Of a stretch of DNA of 64,000 nt, positions 9,482 to 19,416 are shown in pieces. Positions within the stretch are counted from its first letter, which is position 1, and every line of letters begins with the position of its first letter. The notes beneath the pieces are model-generated. The model saw only the letters and a list, made by a program, of their open reading frames with translations, did no database searches and was not told the DNA's origin. Source of the DNA: an archaeon (GTDB lineage Archaea > Nanobdellota > Nanobdellia > Woesearchaeales > GW2011-AR9); NCBI GenBank assembly GCA_002688265.1, contig NZCK01000007.1:104739-168738 (forward strand). Reading direction: 5' to 3'. Made by a program: the position numbers and the translations under genes.

Positions 9482-10234
9482 ATGTTTACTTTATTCGAAA
9501 CACCAACTTGGTTTGCAGGATTTGATTTAGTGCTAGACACTATTGCATTAATTATTACTTTGATCATTAGCAGTTACAGTTACAAACTGTTCAAATTAAG
9601 TAGTAATCGCAAATTCGGATATTTTAGTTTAGCATTCGCTTTAATGAGTTTAGCATTTCTCTTTAAATTAGCAACTTACACAGTAGTGTACTTTTCAACT
9701 TCAAGGGCACTAGCTGGAGCAACAGTAGTCGCAGTAACAGGATTAACAGGATTAGAAACAGTTAATGTTTCCCTAAGAGATCTGATCTATCGATTTGGAT
9801 TCTTTGTACAAATGGCATCTACACTTGGTGCTTTGCTATTGCTTTATTTGGTTTCACAAAAATCTCGAGACAGATTAAAGAAATTTTATGAAGTTAGTCA
9901 GATTACACTCTTTACTTATTTTGTTATCTTAATCAGTATTGTGGCAACTTTCAAATACACAGTATTTTACCTAACCAGTTTTGTCTTACTAGCATTAATT
10001 GTCCTTAATTATTATCAGAATTATCTGCATAAAAAAACTACCAACAGCAAAAGAGTATTAACAGCATTCATTTGTTTGTTTTTAGCACAACTGTTTTTTG
10101 TGTTTATCTTTGCTGCTAACTGGTTTTACTTCATTGCAGAAATATTAACCTTAGCAAGCTTTGCCATTATAGCTTATGTTTACATGCAAGTAAGTCGCAA
10201 ACAAAAGCCTAGATCTGTTGAGGTGAAAACATAA
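9482..10234 (+). CDS. Polytopic membrane protein (about 7 TM)
   Basis: Hydrophobic segments; GGGGG SD; stop overlaps next start (TAATG). Confidence 0.75.
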   Translation: MFTLFETPTWFAGFDLVLDTIALIITLIISSYSYKLFKLSSNRKFGYFSLAFALMSLAFLFKLATYTVVYFSTSRALAGATVVAVTGLTGLETVNVSLRDLIYRFGFFVQMASTLGALLLLYLVSQKSRDRLKKFYEVSQITLFTYFVILISIVATFKYTVFYLTSFVLLALIVLNYYQNYLHKKTTNSKRVLTAFICLFLAQLFFVFIFAANWFYFIAEILTLASFAIIAYVYMQVSRKQKPRSVEVKT

Positions 10235-10521
10235 TGGCAGGTGGACGCAGGTCACGATTAGAATTAGTTTTTGATATTTTAGCTGCAATCCAAAACAAAG
10301 GTGGCAGAATCAAACCAACACACTTAATGTACAAATCAAATCTTTCACATAAATTGTTGAATAATTATTTGGAAGAATTGCTTGAGAAAGAGATGGTAGA
10401 AGTACACGAAATTCAACAAAAGAAAACTTTATCCAAAATGATTCATATCACAGACAAAGGTCTTGGATTTGTGGAAGAATTCCGTCGAATGAGGGAATTT
10501 ACAGACGCGTTTGGATTGTAG
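10234..10521 (+). CDS. Winged-helix transcription regulator (HTH_45-like)
   Basis: RRSRLE...DIL...KPTHLMYKSNLS...ITDKG. Confidence 0.85.
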   Translation: MAGGRRSRLELVFDILAAIQNKGGRIKPTHLMYKSNLSHKLLNNYLEELLEKEMVEVHEIQQKKTLSKMIHITDKGLGFVEEFRRMREFTDAFGL

Positions 10522-10583
10522 AATTTTAGTTTTAATATTTTTCTTGCTTAATATATTTAAAGTATTGATGATTGAGTGTTGTT

Positions 10584-11255
10584 ATGGTATCTAAGATCTT
10601 GGTAGGTGTGGATGAAGCCGGTCGAGGGCCAATAATTGGGCCACTAGTCATGGCAGCGGCAGCTATCCGTGAAGAAGATCTCAAAAAGTTACAATACTTA
10701 GGGGTTAAAGACAGTAAACTGCTTTCCAAAGAAGCACGCGAAGAAATGTTTGAAAGGTTGCACGAAATTCTACTTGATTTTCGAATTGAATTAATTGAAC
10801 CAGATGCAGTGGATAGTGCACTTGGAGATCCTACATCAAATTTGAACTGGTTAGAGGCTGAAACTTCTGCTCGCCTTGTGAGCCAATTAAACCCATCAAT
10901 TGTGTATGTGGATTGCCCTAGCCGTAACATTCAAGCTTATACAGATTATTTTAAGAATAAATTGTCTGCAGGCGTCGCCGAAGCCTGCGAAATTGTCATG
11001 GAACACAAAGCCGATGAAAATTATCCCATTGCTGCTGCTGCTTCCATTTTAGCTAAAGTAATTCGAGATCGAGCAATTGAACATTTGAAGACTGAAATTG
11101 GTGAAGATTTTGGATCAGGATATTTAGGTGATGAAAAAACACGTAAATTCTTAGAAAAGAATTATGAGAAATACCCAGATATCTTTCGTAAATCTTGGAA
11201 ACCTTATGCAGATTTGGTTGAAGATAAAAGACAAAGGAGATTAGGAGAGTTTTAG
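10584..11255 (+). CDS. rnhB: Ribonuclease HII
   Basis: GVDEAGRGP, GVKDSK, AAASILAKV.RD, GSGY; C-terminal PIP-like QRRLGEF. Confidence 0.97.
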   Translation: MVSKILVGVDEAGRGPIIGPLVMAAAAIREEDLKKLQYLGVKDSKLLSKEAREEMFERLHEILLDFRIELIEPDAVDSALGDPTSNLNWLEAETSARLVSQLNPSIVYVDCPSRNIQAYTDYFKNKLSAGVAEACEIVMEHKADENYPIAAAASILAKVIRDRAIEHLKTEIGEDFGSGYLGDEKTRKFLEKNYEKYPDIFRKSWKPYADLVEDKRQRRLGEF

Positions 11256-11270
11256 ATTTCTACTACTAAA

Positions 11271-11426
11271 GGTTAGGTGAGGGCGAACGCGCGGCCCTAC
11301 GCTAAAGCAGATAATAAAACTTTGATTTCGACCTGAGCCACACAAAGTTTGGCGAAGTTGAGAAGTGGAACTTAAGCCCGGCCGCGTTCCGAGGAGCACG
11401 TAAGTGCAACGATGCCTCACCTAACT
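11271..11426. other. GC-rich fold-back intergenic element
   Basis: GTTAGGTGAGG/CCTCACCTAAC outer stem, GAAC..GCGGCC/GGCCGC-GTTC inner stem, GCAC-GTAA-GTGC hairpin. Confidence 0.75.
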
Positions 11427-11478
11427 TAATCAGAATTTTACCCGCAAACTTTAAAACCCCAAAAAAGTTTGTTTAGTT

Positions 11479-12303
11479 ATGGTTGTATTTACAGGGGTGG
11501 AATATGCAGATATTTCTTTTTTGTTAAAAAAAGGATTTGTTGAAACTAATCCAAAAACTATTCACGAAATAACTCGCTTTAACAAAGGAGTTAAGAAAAA
11601 AGTGATAGGTATATTGTATGAATCAGGAAAATTCTTCATCCAAGGAGATGCTGACTGGGTTGAAAAAACTGCACATTATCTTCGTAGTAAAAAAATTGGA
11701 TCTGAAGTTAAACCAATTAAGTTTCGTGAAGAACTAGGTAGAGTAATTGGCTCAGATGAAAGTTTGAAAGGAGATACTTTTGGCGGAATTGTAATTGCAG
11801 CAGTCAAAGGTGATGATGAAATCCGTGAGAAGTTACTTGCAATAGGAGTTGCTGATTCTAAAAAATTTGCAGACAAAGAGATTTTACGAATGGCTGAAGA
11901 AATCAAAAAAGTGGCACACTGTTTTGTGATTAACATTTACCCAGAAGATTACAACCAAGAAAATTCTGTAACTGAAATTTTGAATCGCTTACACAAACAA
12001 GCAGCATTGGAACTGTACCCTGGCTACCATGTAGTTGATAAGTATCCTGGCTGCAGAGTAGGAGATTTTGCAGAAACTAAAGCCGAAAGCAAATGGGTAG
12101 AAGTTGCCGCAGCATCAGTTTTGGCCCGAGCTGTAGCAGTTAAACAACTGAACTCTCTTTCTGGAAAAGCAGGATTTACATTACCTAAAGGTTCAACCCA
12201 TGTAGCATGGGCCTTGCAGGAGTTGAAAGAGCGAGGATTGGAACCAGAAGAATTTGTGAAACTGCATTTTAAGAATGTCAAAGATTATTTCAATAATCTT
12301 TGA
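11479..12303 (+). CDS. rnhC: Ribonuclease HIII-like protein
   Basis: N-terminal LYESGKFFIQG (TBP-like domain motif), GSDESLKGDTFG, GVADSK, KAES...VAAASVLAR, LPKG. Confidence 0.8.
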   Translation: MVVFTGVEYADISFLLKKGFVETNPKTIHEITRFNKGVKKKVIGILYESGKFFIQGDADWVEKTAHYLRSKKIGSEVKPIKFREELGRVIGSDESLKGDTFGGIVIAAVKGDDEIREKLLAIGVADSKKFADKEILRMAEEIKKVAHCFVINIYPEDYNQENSVTEILNRLHKQAALELYPGYHVVDKYPGCRVGDFAETKAESKWVEVAAASVLARAVAVKQLNSLSGKAGFTLPKGSTHVAWALQELKERGLEPEEFVKLHFKNVKDYFNNL

Positions 12304-12374
12304 CGTCTAGAAATCTTGATTTCTTTGAATGTGCAAACTTTTTTAAAGGATTAATTTCGTTCTCGTACGTTGTG

Positions 12375-12749
12375 ATGGATATTACTTATTTAGAAGACGA
12401 AGAGACTGTCGCCGAGACTGTAACAGAAGCTCTGCGCTGCGTAGGATATAACCCATTTCATGAAAGGTGTGCTCAAGCTTTACTGGATAGAGTGAGTTGT
12501 GGAGTTGATCCTGGAGCTTGTTATTTATTAGATGAATTAAATAATGTAGAAACTAACCCAGACAATGTAACAGGTAGTCAAGTTGCTCTGGAATTAATGG
12601 CACAAGACTCAAGTGCTAGAATCGTTATAGGAACTGGTTGCAGTATTGATGAACTGCCACCAGAAGTACAAGAAGCAATTAATCATGGGAAAATCACTTA
12701 TCTTCGAAAACCATTTCGCATGGCAGAGTTGGCAGGCATGTATGATTGA
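12375..12749 (+). CDS. Divergent stand-alone response-regulator receiver
   Basis: YLEDE, YLLD, IVIGTG, LRKPF. Confidence 0.65.
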   Translation: MDITYLEDEETVAETVTEALRCVGYNPFHERCAQALLDRVSCGVDPGACYLLDELNNVETNPDNVTGSQVALELMAQDSSARIVIGTGCSIDELPPEVQEAINHGKITYLRKPFRMAELAGMYD

Positions 12750-12755
12750 AGGTGT

Positions 12756-13640
12756 TCAAAGGTTCAATGCCGCAGTTTGCCTGGCAATCTGCACCAAATA
12801 TTCTGCTAAAGTTTTCATGTTAAAGCGAAGCTCAGTATCTTTTATTTTTTCAAACCACTTAAAGTGCGGCTGTAATTCTGCTATTTCTACAAATTCTTCA
12901 TTAGAGTAATTCACATACAAGGAATGAACGTTTGCTATTAATATTGGTATTTTGGAAAATTCTTTTTGAACTTCTTTTTCAATTTTTATTTTCCTCTTCT
13001 CTCTTTCAATATATCTTCGAATGTATTCAATGTGATTTGCAGCAAGTTCTAAGAATACAACAACCATATATGAATAATGAGGATATTTATAACCTGTCCG
13101 ATTAATTACTCGTTTACAAAACATAGTGTATTTGTTAATAGAAAATTCTAAATTTTGAATCTCTTTTAGACGAGAAAAATCTCTTTTCTGCAATATTTCA
13201 TTCATAATAATACCCATCTGAGAGAGGATATGAAAACATCTCTGTAATATTATTGGAAACTCAGTGTCAAGTTGTTTACTGATTGATTTAATTAGTAATT
13301 TGTTTTTTTGAGTTTCAACAATCTCAAAACCCAACATCCAAGGCATGCACCCTTGAATTGTTGCCAAAGTTTTGGGATCTTTGTAAGTTAATTCTAATTC
13401 ATCGTAACCAGAAGTGTAAGCTGGTTGCAACATTCTCCAAACTAGTTCAATTGATGATGAAGAAAGATGAATAGACGTTTTTTTCTCATAAATTTCTTTG
13501 TTAGATCTTAAAACTAAAGTATTCTCGACTTCTGAGAAGTTTACTTGATCACCTTTATTGAGATTATGCCTCTTTATCCATTTACTAGGAATGGTCACCA
13601 TTAAAGTGTGTTTACCCATTTGAACTAGTTTTCTTTGCAT
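12756..13640 (-). CDS. AbrB-domain / PhoU-like archaeal regulator
   Basis: RKLVQMG..TLMVTIP.KW, AYTSGYDE, GFEIVE. Confidence 0.85.
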   Translation of the reverse strand: MQRKLVQMGKHTLMVTIPSKWIKRHNLNKGDQVNFSEVENTLVLRSNKEIYEKKTSIHLSSSSIELVWRMLQPAYTSGYDELELTYKDPKTLATIQGCMPWMLGFEIVETQKNKLLIKSISKQLDTEFPIILQRCFHILSQMGIIMNEILQKRDFSRLKEIQNLEFSINKYTMFCKRVINRTGYKYPHYSYMVVVFLELAANHIEYIRRYIEREKRKIKIEKEVQKEFSKIPILIANVHSLYVNYSNEEFVEIAELQPHFKWFEKIKDTELRFNMKTLAEYLVQIARQTAALNL

Positions 13641-13681
13641 TATTTGGAAAAATGGCTTTTTCTTTATAAACTTGCTGAAAA

Positions 13682-13714
13682 AAACTTATACTTTTAAGCT
13701 AAAAGTTTAAGTTT
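13682..13714. promoter_or_regulatory. Inverted repeat (putative operator) in divergent promoter
   Basis: AAACTTATACTTTTA-agc-TAAAAGTTTAAGTTT, 14/15 match. Confidence 0.55.
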
Positions 13715-13735
13715 AAAATAGTTTCTTGTGATATT

Positions 13736-14080
13736 ATGAAACTTTTTGACATAGAAGCAATTGAAGGAATGAAAAAGGTTTGTAGCCTCAAAGAAGGTTC
13801 GCCACTTAAGATTTATCGAATTACTTACCCAAGGATTTGGAATGGAGATGATTGGCATTTTCACCCCCAAGGATATGAATATTACATCCCACTAACTGGA
13901 CAGATAACAGTCTTAGTTGAAAGTAAAGAAGTAATTGTTTGCGCAGGAGAAATGCTTTGCGTTTATCCCGGGGAAAAACATCGAGTTGTGGGTGGAAGCT
14001 CAGATCAAGACACAATTGTTATTCGTCAAGAATTTTTGAAAAATGACAAAGTGATTGTTGAGGAAAAAAAGAATGATTAA
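13736..14080 (+). CDS. Cupin-domain protein
   Basis: WHFHP..YEYY...G, PGEKHRV. Confidence 0.85.
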   Translation: MKLFDIEAIEGMKKVCSLKEGSPLKIYRITYPRIWNGDDWHFHPQGYEYYIPLTGQITVLVESKEVIVCAGEMLCVYPGEKHRVVGGSSDQDTIVIRQEFLKNDKVIVEEKKND

Positions 14081-14735
14081 AGCAATAATATTTGATATGG
14101 ACGGAGTCCTCATTGATTCGCCGAAGTATAACTGGGAAGCATTTAATCAGATACTACAAAAGAAATATGGCGTACAGATCCCCATGCAGAAGAAAAAAGA
14201 AAGGTATCTAGGAAGAAGTTTAAAGGAACAATTAGAAATGATTCGCTACGATTATAACATTAATGAAGAAATTAATGTTTCAGAATTTTCTAAAGAAGCA
14301 AGAACTATTCAAGAACAATTGATGAAAAATATATTAGTTCCGAACCCAAACATCTTGAATCTTATTTCAGAAGCCAAAAAACAAGGAATTAAAGTTGCTG
14401 TAGCTACATCTAGTTCTAAAGACAGAGCAATTATGATATTAAGTAAAACAGCAGTCTATGAGAAATTAGATGTATTTGTTAATTGCGAAGATGTTAAACA
14501 ACACAAACCACACCCTGCATTATATTTAGAAGCTGCAACACAATTAGAAATTGATCCAAAACAATGCTTAGTGTTTGAAGACGCTTACAGTGGAATTTCT
14601 GCTGCGCAAGCTGCAGGAATGAAAGTAGTGGGTCTGGTGACTGATTTTCATAGCGCAGAAGAATTAGAACATACTGATTTAGTTATTTCTAATTTTGCAG
14701 AAATTTCAGTGGACAAATTACAGCAATTGTATTGA
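14073..14735 (+). CDS. HAD-family phosphatase (beta-phosphoglucomutase-like)
   Basis: FDMDGVLIDS, ATSS, KPHP, FEDAYSG. Confidence 0.9.
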   Translation: MIKAIIFDMDGVLIDSPKYNWEAFNQILQKKYGVQIPMQKKKERYLGRSLKEQLEMIRYDYNINEEINVSEFSKEARTIQEQLMKNILVPNPNILNLISEAKKQGIKVAVATSSSKDRAIMILSKTAVYEKLDVFVNCEDVKQHKPHPALYLEAATQLEIDPKQCLVFEDAYSGISAAQAAGMKVVGLVTDFHSAEELEHTDLVISNFAEISVDKLQQLY

Positions 14736-14746
14736 TAAATTAGAAC

Positions 14747-17161
14747 TTAATGCACTGAACTTACACCACTCCTTTTCTCTACATTAAGGATATGGTTTAC
14801 AAAACCCTCCATCATAGCTTCGTGTGAAACTATAAGAATCTGTTTGAGACCAATGGTTTCTAAACAATCCCTTAATCGTTGAAGTTGTTCCGCTGAAAAA
14901 CCATCAGTTGGCTCGTCAAGAATTAACAGTTCTTTAGTATTGATTTGTTGCATAACATGATTAATCGCTTTGGTGAGGGCTAAACGGTACGCTAGAGAAG
15001 CTGCTGTGCGTTCTCCACCAGAGAGATAGGCAAAAGCAATTTCATGACCTTGCTGCTCGATAATTGGTGCGAAACCAGAATCTAAGCTAGCAGAAAGTTC
15101 ACTCCCTTCAGTTAAAATCTCAAACCACTCACTAAACAATTCATTACAATAATGATATATCTTTAACATTATTTCTCTTTCAATATGCTGGGTTAAAGGA
15201 ATGAACTTTCCGTCGATCCACCTAGCCAATTCTTTGGTTTTTAGTAAATTTGTTTTGATTTTCCGTAATTGCTGTAGTTCTACTTGCAGATTATCTAAGA
15301 TTTGCTTTTGATGAAGCACTATTTGATCTTGCTTTGAAAGTCCAATTTTCTTTGATTCAAGATTATTACGCGCTAATTCTAAAGAATTCTCAAATTCTAA
15401 AAGTCTTTTTGCATCATCTGGCAAAGTTTGAAGATTTGTTTCAATATTTTTTAGTGTAATTAATTGGCCAGAGAATTTTTGATTCAATGTTGATTGTTCT
15501 ATAGTTAATTCAGATACCTGATTTTTTAACTGAACCGCAAGCAAAGTCTGTTCTTTTCTGTTTTGCAAAGAAGCTATTCTTTTCTGAAGATCTTCACGCA
15601 GAGGAAGCTTTAAACTTAAGAATTCTTGAAATTTATCCATTAAAGAATTATTTTCTATTACTTTTTCTTTAAGTTTGGAGTTACTTTGCTCGTGGTGTGA
15701 GACAAAGGCTTTCAAAGAAGCTTGTTCTTGAAGTAATTTATTCTGGGTTTCTTGAATCTGTTTTAACTCTCGCAGCCTAGTTAGAACTGATTTTATACTC
15801 ACTTGTGCTGCTTGTTCTTGATTAATTAACTGGTCTTTTGTTTGCTGTAACTTTTGAGTATCCTCACTAATCTGCTGCTTTATCTTATTGCAATGATCTT
15901 CTGGCACTGATTGCTCACAAGTTGGACACTTAGTTAAAAATTCAATCTTTTGTTTTTTCTGAGTAAGATCATATAATTGGTTTTGGCAAGTGGCTTTTTT
16001 TAGTTGGATTGAATTTGTTTCTTGATCTAAATTCTCTTTTTCTTTTTCTAAGCTTTCTTGAGTTGCTAAGACAGGCTTATTTGCTTTTATTTGATCATTG
16101 ATTGCACTAAGCTTGTTTTGTGATTCTTTGGATTTAGTTATTTCAACTTGCAATTCTTTGATCTGAGATTGTAATTGCGCACTTGTGCTCTCAAAATGAT
16201 GTTTTTCTACAGTTATTTGATCCAATTGAGAGTGAACAGAATCTGCCTCTTGATTAATCATCTCAATAGAATAAGAATCATCGATTAATAGTGCTTTTCG
16301 CTTAGAATCTACTTGCTTTATCTTTTCTGCTAATCTCGTTTGTTGCTCGGCCAAATCTGTTTGAGATCTTTGAATTACTATCTTTTCGTGTTGAAGTTTT
16401 TGGCGAGTTTGATTAGACTTCTTTATCTGGTCAACTAATTTTTGCTGTTTCTCAAACACCAACTGCAATTCCTGTTTGATCTTAATTAATTCTTGTTGCT
16501 CTCTTTGACTTGTTGAAAGTGCATCTTGTGCTACTAACAACTCTTTTTCTTTTTGAGGCAAAGGCTCTGAGCGAGTCGTAAGAACAGTGATCTCTTTTCT
16601 TAAGGTTTTCTAATATAAAATAATATTGTCCCTGACTAATTTGTATCTTTCAACTTGAAAAATTTTTCTTAAAATGTCTAAACGATTGTCATCTGACTCT
16701 TGCAAAATTTGTTTCATCTCTTCTTGTGGACAATAAATAGTATAACGATAAACATAATTTTTTCCCTTGCTAATTAACTCTTTTGGATAGGCTAAAATTT
16801 CAATCATCTTGGCCTTAAGTTCTACGGCAGTGAGTTCGTATTTTTGATTGTTCTGAATGATGTAACCAGTTCCTTGCCTTACTCCTTGCTTGGTTTGTTG
16901 CAATGTTCGGTAGATAGTAATAGGATGATTGTTGATGTTGAAATTTAAGGTAACACTAGCTTTAGTTGCTCCTTTTCTAAGTAAAGAATCTGCAGGTAAG
17001 TCTGGTCTGGCTGCCCCAAACAAAGCAAATTCAATTGCATGAAGAATAGTAGATTTACCAGAACCAATGTCGCCTGCCAGCAAGGTGATTCCTTCTTGAA
17101 AATGGATTGTTTGCTCCTGGAAGGAGCGGATATTGTTGAGATTTATGGAGTTTAGAAGCAT
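14747..17161 (-). pseudogene. rad50: Rad50/SbcC-like SMC ATPase interrupted by one in-frame TAG at 16610-16612
   Basis: Walker A GDIGSGKST, zinc hook CPTC, LSGGE, LILDEPT, VSH; both ORF halves in the same frame (...ILY*KTLRKE...). Confidence 0.75.
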
Positions 17162-17272
17162 GTGTTTTGTGAGTTCTCTTTGCCTTAAAAACGTTTATGT
17201 TGTGGGGTAGTTAAGAAAAATTAGATGATCTTGGTCACAAGCTTTATAAAACAGGACAAAGAATCAAAGAAT

Positions 17273-17686
17273 ATGAAATCTTACGATGATTTACTTTCAA
17301 AAGCGTACAGTGAACTACCTGAACTTATGCAAGGAGACGACAGATTCACTATTGAAAAAGTGAAAGGTCATCTAGAAGGAAGCAAAACAGTAATTTCTAA
17401 CTTAAAGCAAATTGCAAAAGGACTGAATCGCGATCCTGAACACTTGTTAAAATATCTATTGCGAGAAACTGCTAGTGCTGGAAAATTTCGAGGCGATAGC
17501 GCAATCTTTGCAGCAAAAATAGGCGCTGGGACTTTCAATAAGAAAATAAAGAAATATGCTAGTGAATTTGTAATCTGCAGTGAGTGTGGAAAACCAGACA
17601 GTACCCTTGATGTAGAACGAGGAGGCATTAGTTATTTGAAATGCCAAGCTTGTGGTGTGAAGAAACCAGTTAAGAGTATTAAGTGA
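17273..17686 (+). CDS. eif2b: Translation initiation factor aIF-2 beta
   Basis: Y..LL..AY..LP, DRF, C.ECGKPD...C.ACG. Confidence 0.93.
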   Translation: MKSYDDLLSKAYSELPELMQGDDRFTIEKVKGHLEGSKTVISNLKQIAKGLNRDPEHLLKYLLRETASAGKFRGDSAIFAAKIGAGTFNKKIKKYASEFVICSECGKPDSTLDVERGGISYLKCQACGVKKPVKSIK

Positions 17687-17725
17687 GCATAGTTGTTCGA
17701 AATTAAAAAATATTTTTCTTTTACA

Positions 17726-18043
17726 ATGGAAAAAGCAAAAACCCAATCATTTACTGTAGCAATTAAATCTTCTCCGAACGGAACAGTTTTGGTGATCACT
17801 GATACTGAACTGATTGGCCAGAAATTTGAAAATGAAAGGTTACAGTTGGACCTTAGTAAAAAATTCTATGAAGGAGAACTTATGTCAAGTGAAGAACTTT
17901 CAACAAAGTTAGATGGCGCCTACGTGTTACATGTGACTGGGAAAAAAGCAGTGGAGTTTGTTTCTGAGTTAGGTCTTATTGATTCAAAGAAAGTTTTAGA
18001 GATTGCAGGAGTTCCTCATGCAGAAGTGTATTTGGGAATGTGA
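17726..18043 (+). CDS. DUF424 family protein
   Basis: D.ELIG..F...LDL...FY.G, GVPHA; typical neighbour of aIF-2 beta. Confidence 0.8.
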   Translation: MEKAKTQSFTVAIKSSPNGTVLVITDTELIGQKFENERLQLDLSKKFYEGELMSSEELSTKLDGAYVLHVTGKKAVEFVSELGLIDSKKVLEIAGVPHAEVYLGM

Positions 18044-18122
18044 GAGAAGTTAAGATTGAATAAATTGTTTTTTATTTGAAAAGGAAAACAGGTCTTGGCT
18101 ATCGAAAAGATAATAAGAATCA

Positions 18123-18506
18123 GTGATTTTTGAGTATTTCATGAGATATTTAACTTTAGGTATGCGATTTCTACGATTATCAGAACATTTGTCATCTAAT
18201 AGAGAACTTAGTCAAGGAGAACTTAATCGTGTACAGCGCGCCCTTGATTACTTGATGTCTATTCAACGTGGGGCAGCTTACTTTGCTACAGGAGAAACAC
18301 CAGATAGTCTCAATGACGTTAGGGCACTTGATGAATTCCAGCAAGTGTGTCCAGAAGTCCCTGATTTAGAAACACATGTACGTATTCTTCACAGAGTATT
18401 GCAAGATAGTTCAGTCCCAGTCGGAGTTCAAAGTACAGAAGATTTCTTCACTAAGCTAAGTAGAAATTATTTCGGTGCAGATGTTTCGGGTTCTTGTTGC
18501 TATTAA
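18123..18506 (+). CDS. Hypothetical protein
   Basis: ORF fills the gap; start uncertain. Confidence 0.5.
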   Translation: MIFEYFMRYLTLGMRFLRLSEHLSSNRELSQGELNRVQRALDYLMSIQRGAAYFATGETPDSLNDVRALDEFQQVCPEVPDLETHVRILHRVLQDSSVPVGVQSTEDFFTKLSRNYFGADVSGSCCY

Positions 18507-18522
18507 GCCCACCTTAAAACAC

Positions 18523-19350
18523 TCACTTCAACACAGCTTTCAAACTAGCAATACCTACCTCTAATTGCTTATCAGATGGCTCCTTTGTTGTGATTCTTTG
18601 AAGTAAGAGGCCCGGTAAAATCAGAAGCTTAACTATAATGTTCTTCTCGAACTTGGCGGAAAGCTTGATAAGTTCAAACCCAATAGCCGAAACTACAGGG
18701 AGCAAAACAATTCTGCCAAAAAACTTCATCACAGTCCCACCAGGAATTAACATGAAAACGAGTACAGAAATTATCGCAATAAACATCAAAAAACTAGTTC
18801 CACACCTAGGATGAAACCTGGAATATTTTCTAGTGTTAGCTACTGTTAAATCTTCTTTAGCCTCATAGCAAGCAATAGTCTTATGCTCAGCACCATGATA
18901 CTGAAACAAAGTCTGAACATCTTTTAACATACTAATCAAATAAAGGTAACCTAAGAAAAATACAAAACGAAAAATCCCATCAATAATGTCAAACAAAATT
19001 GTCTCTGTTGATACTATCCATTTGGTCAAAAAGAAAGGTAGAACCACAAACAACCCGATCGCAAGCCCAAAGGAAAGAATCATAGTTAAAGCGGCTTCCT
19101 TGAAAGTGATAGCTTCGTCATCTTCGAGTTGCTGATTACTACTCCAAAGAATTGCTCGAACACCATCATAAATAGTAAACCAGAGCCCCAATGCTCCGCG
19201 AATGATCGGCCAAGAAAAATATTTAGGAAACTGTTTGGATTTCTCGGTTTTGATTTTTAAAGAATCGTCAGGTAACCTAACAGCTACAGCATACTGCTCC
19301 TTGTTACGCATCATAACGCCTTCAATCACTGCTTGTCCGCCAACGTCCAT
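18523..19350 (-). CDS. DUF1385 (YqhQ-like) membrane protein
   Basis: GGQAVIEGVMM, FQYHGAEHK, HPRCGTSF. Confidence 0.92.
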   Translation of the reverse strand: MDVGGQAVIEGVMMRNKEQYAVAVRLPDDSLKIKTEKSKQFPKYFSWPIIRGALGLWFTIYDGVRAILWSSNQQLEDDEAITFKEAALTMILSFGLAIGLFVVLPFFLTKWIVSTETILFDIIDGIFRFVFFLGYLYLISMLKDVQTLFQYHGAEHKTIACYEAKEDLTVANTRKYSRFHPRCGTSFLMFIAIISVLVFMLIPGGTVMKFFGRIVLLPVVSAIGFELIKLSAKFEKNIIVKLLILPGLLLQRITTKEPSDKQLEVGIASLKAVLK

Positions 19351-19416
19351 TGTAAGTCTATTTTATAGCTGCTATATAAAAAGCTTTAGAATTTATTGCA
19401 GTATAATCTTTGATGA

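Noticed and set aside
11271..11426. SRP RNA, 5S rRNA or tRNA
   Set aside because: No SRP helix 8 motif, cloverleaf or 5S signature on either strand
16610..16612. Genome-wide TAG recoding
   Set aside because: Several conserved genes end at TAG at their expected C-termini and no other internal TAG was seen
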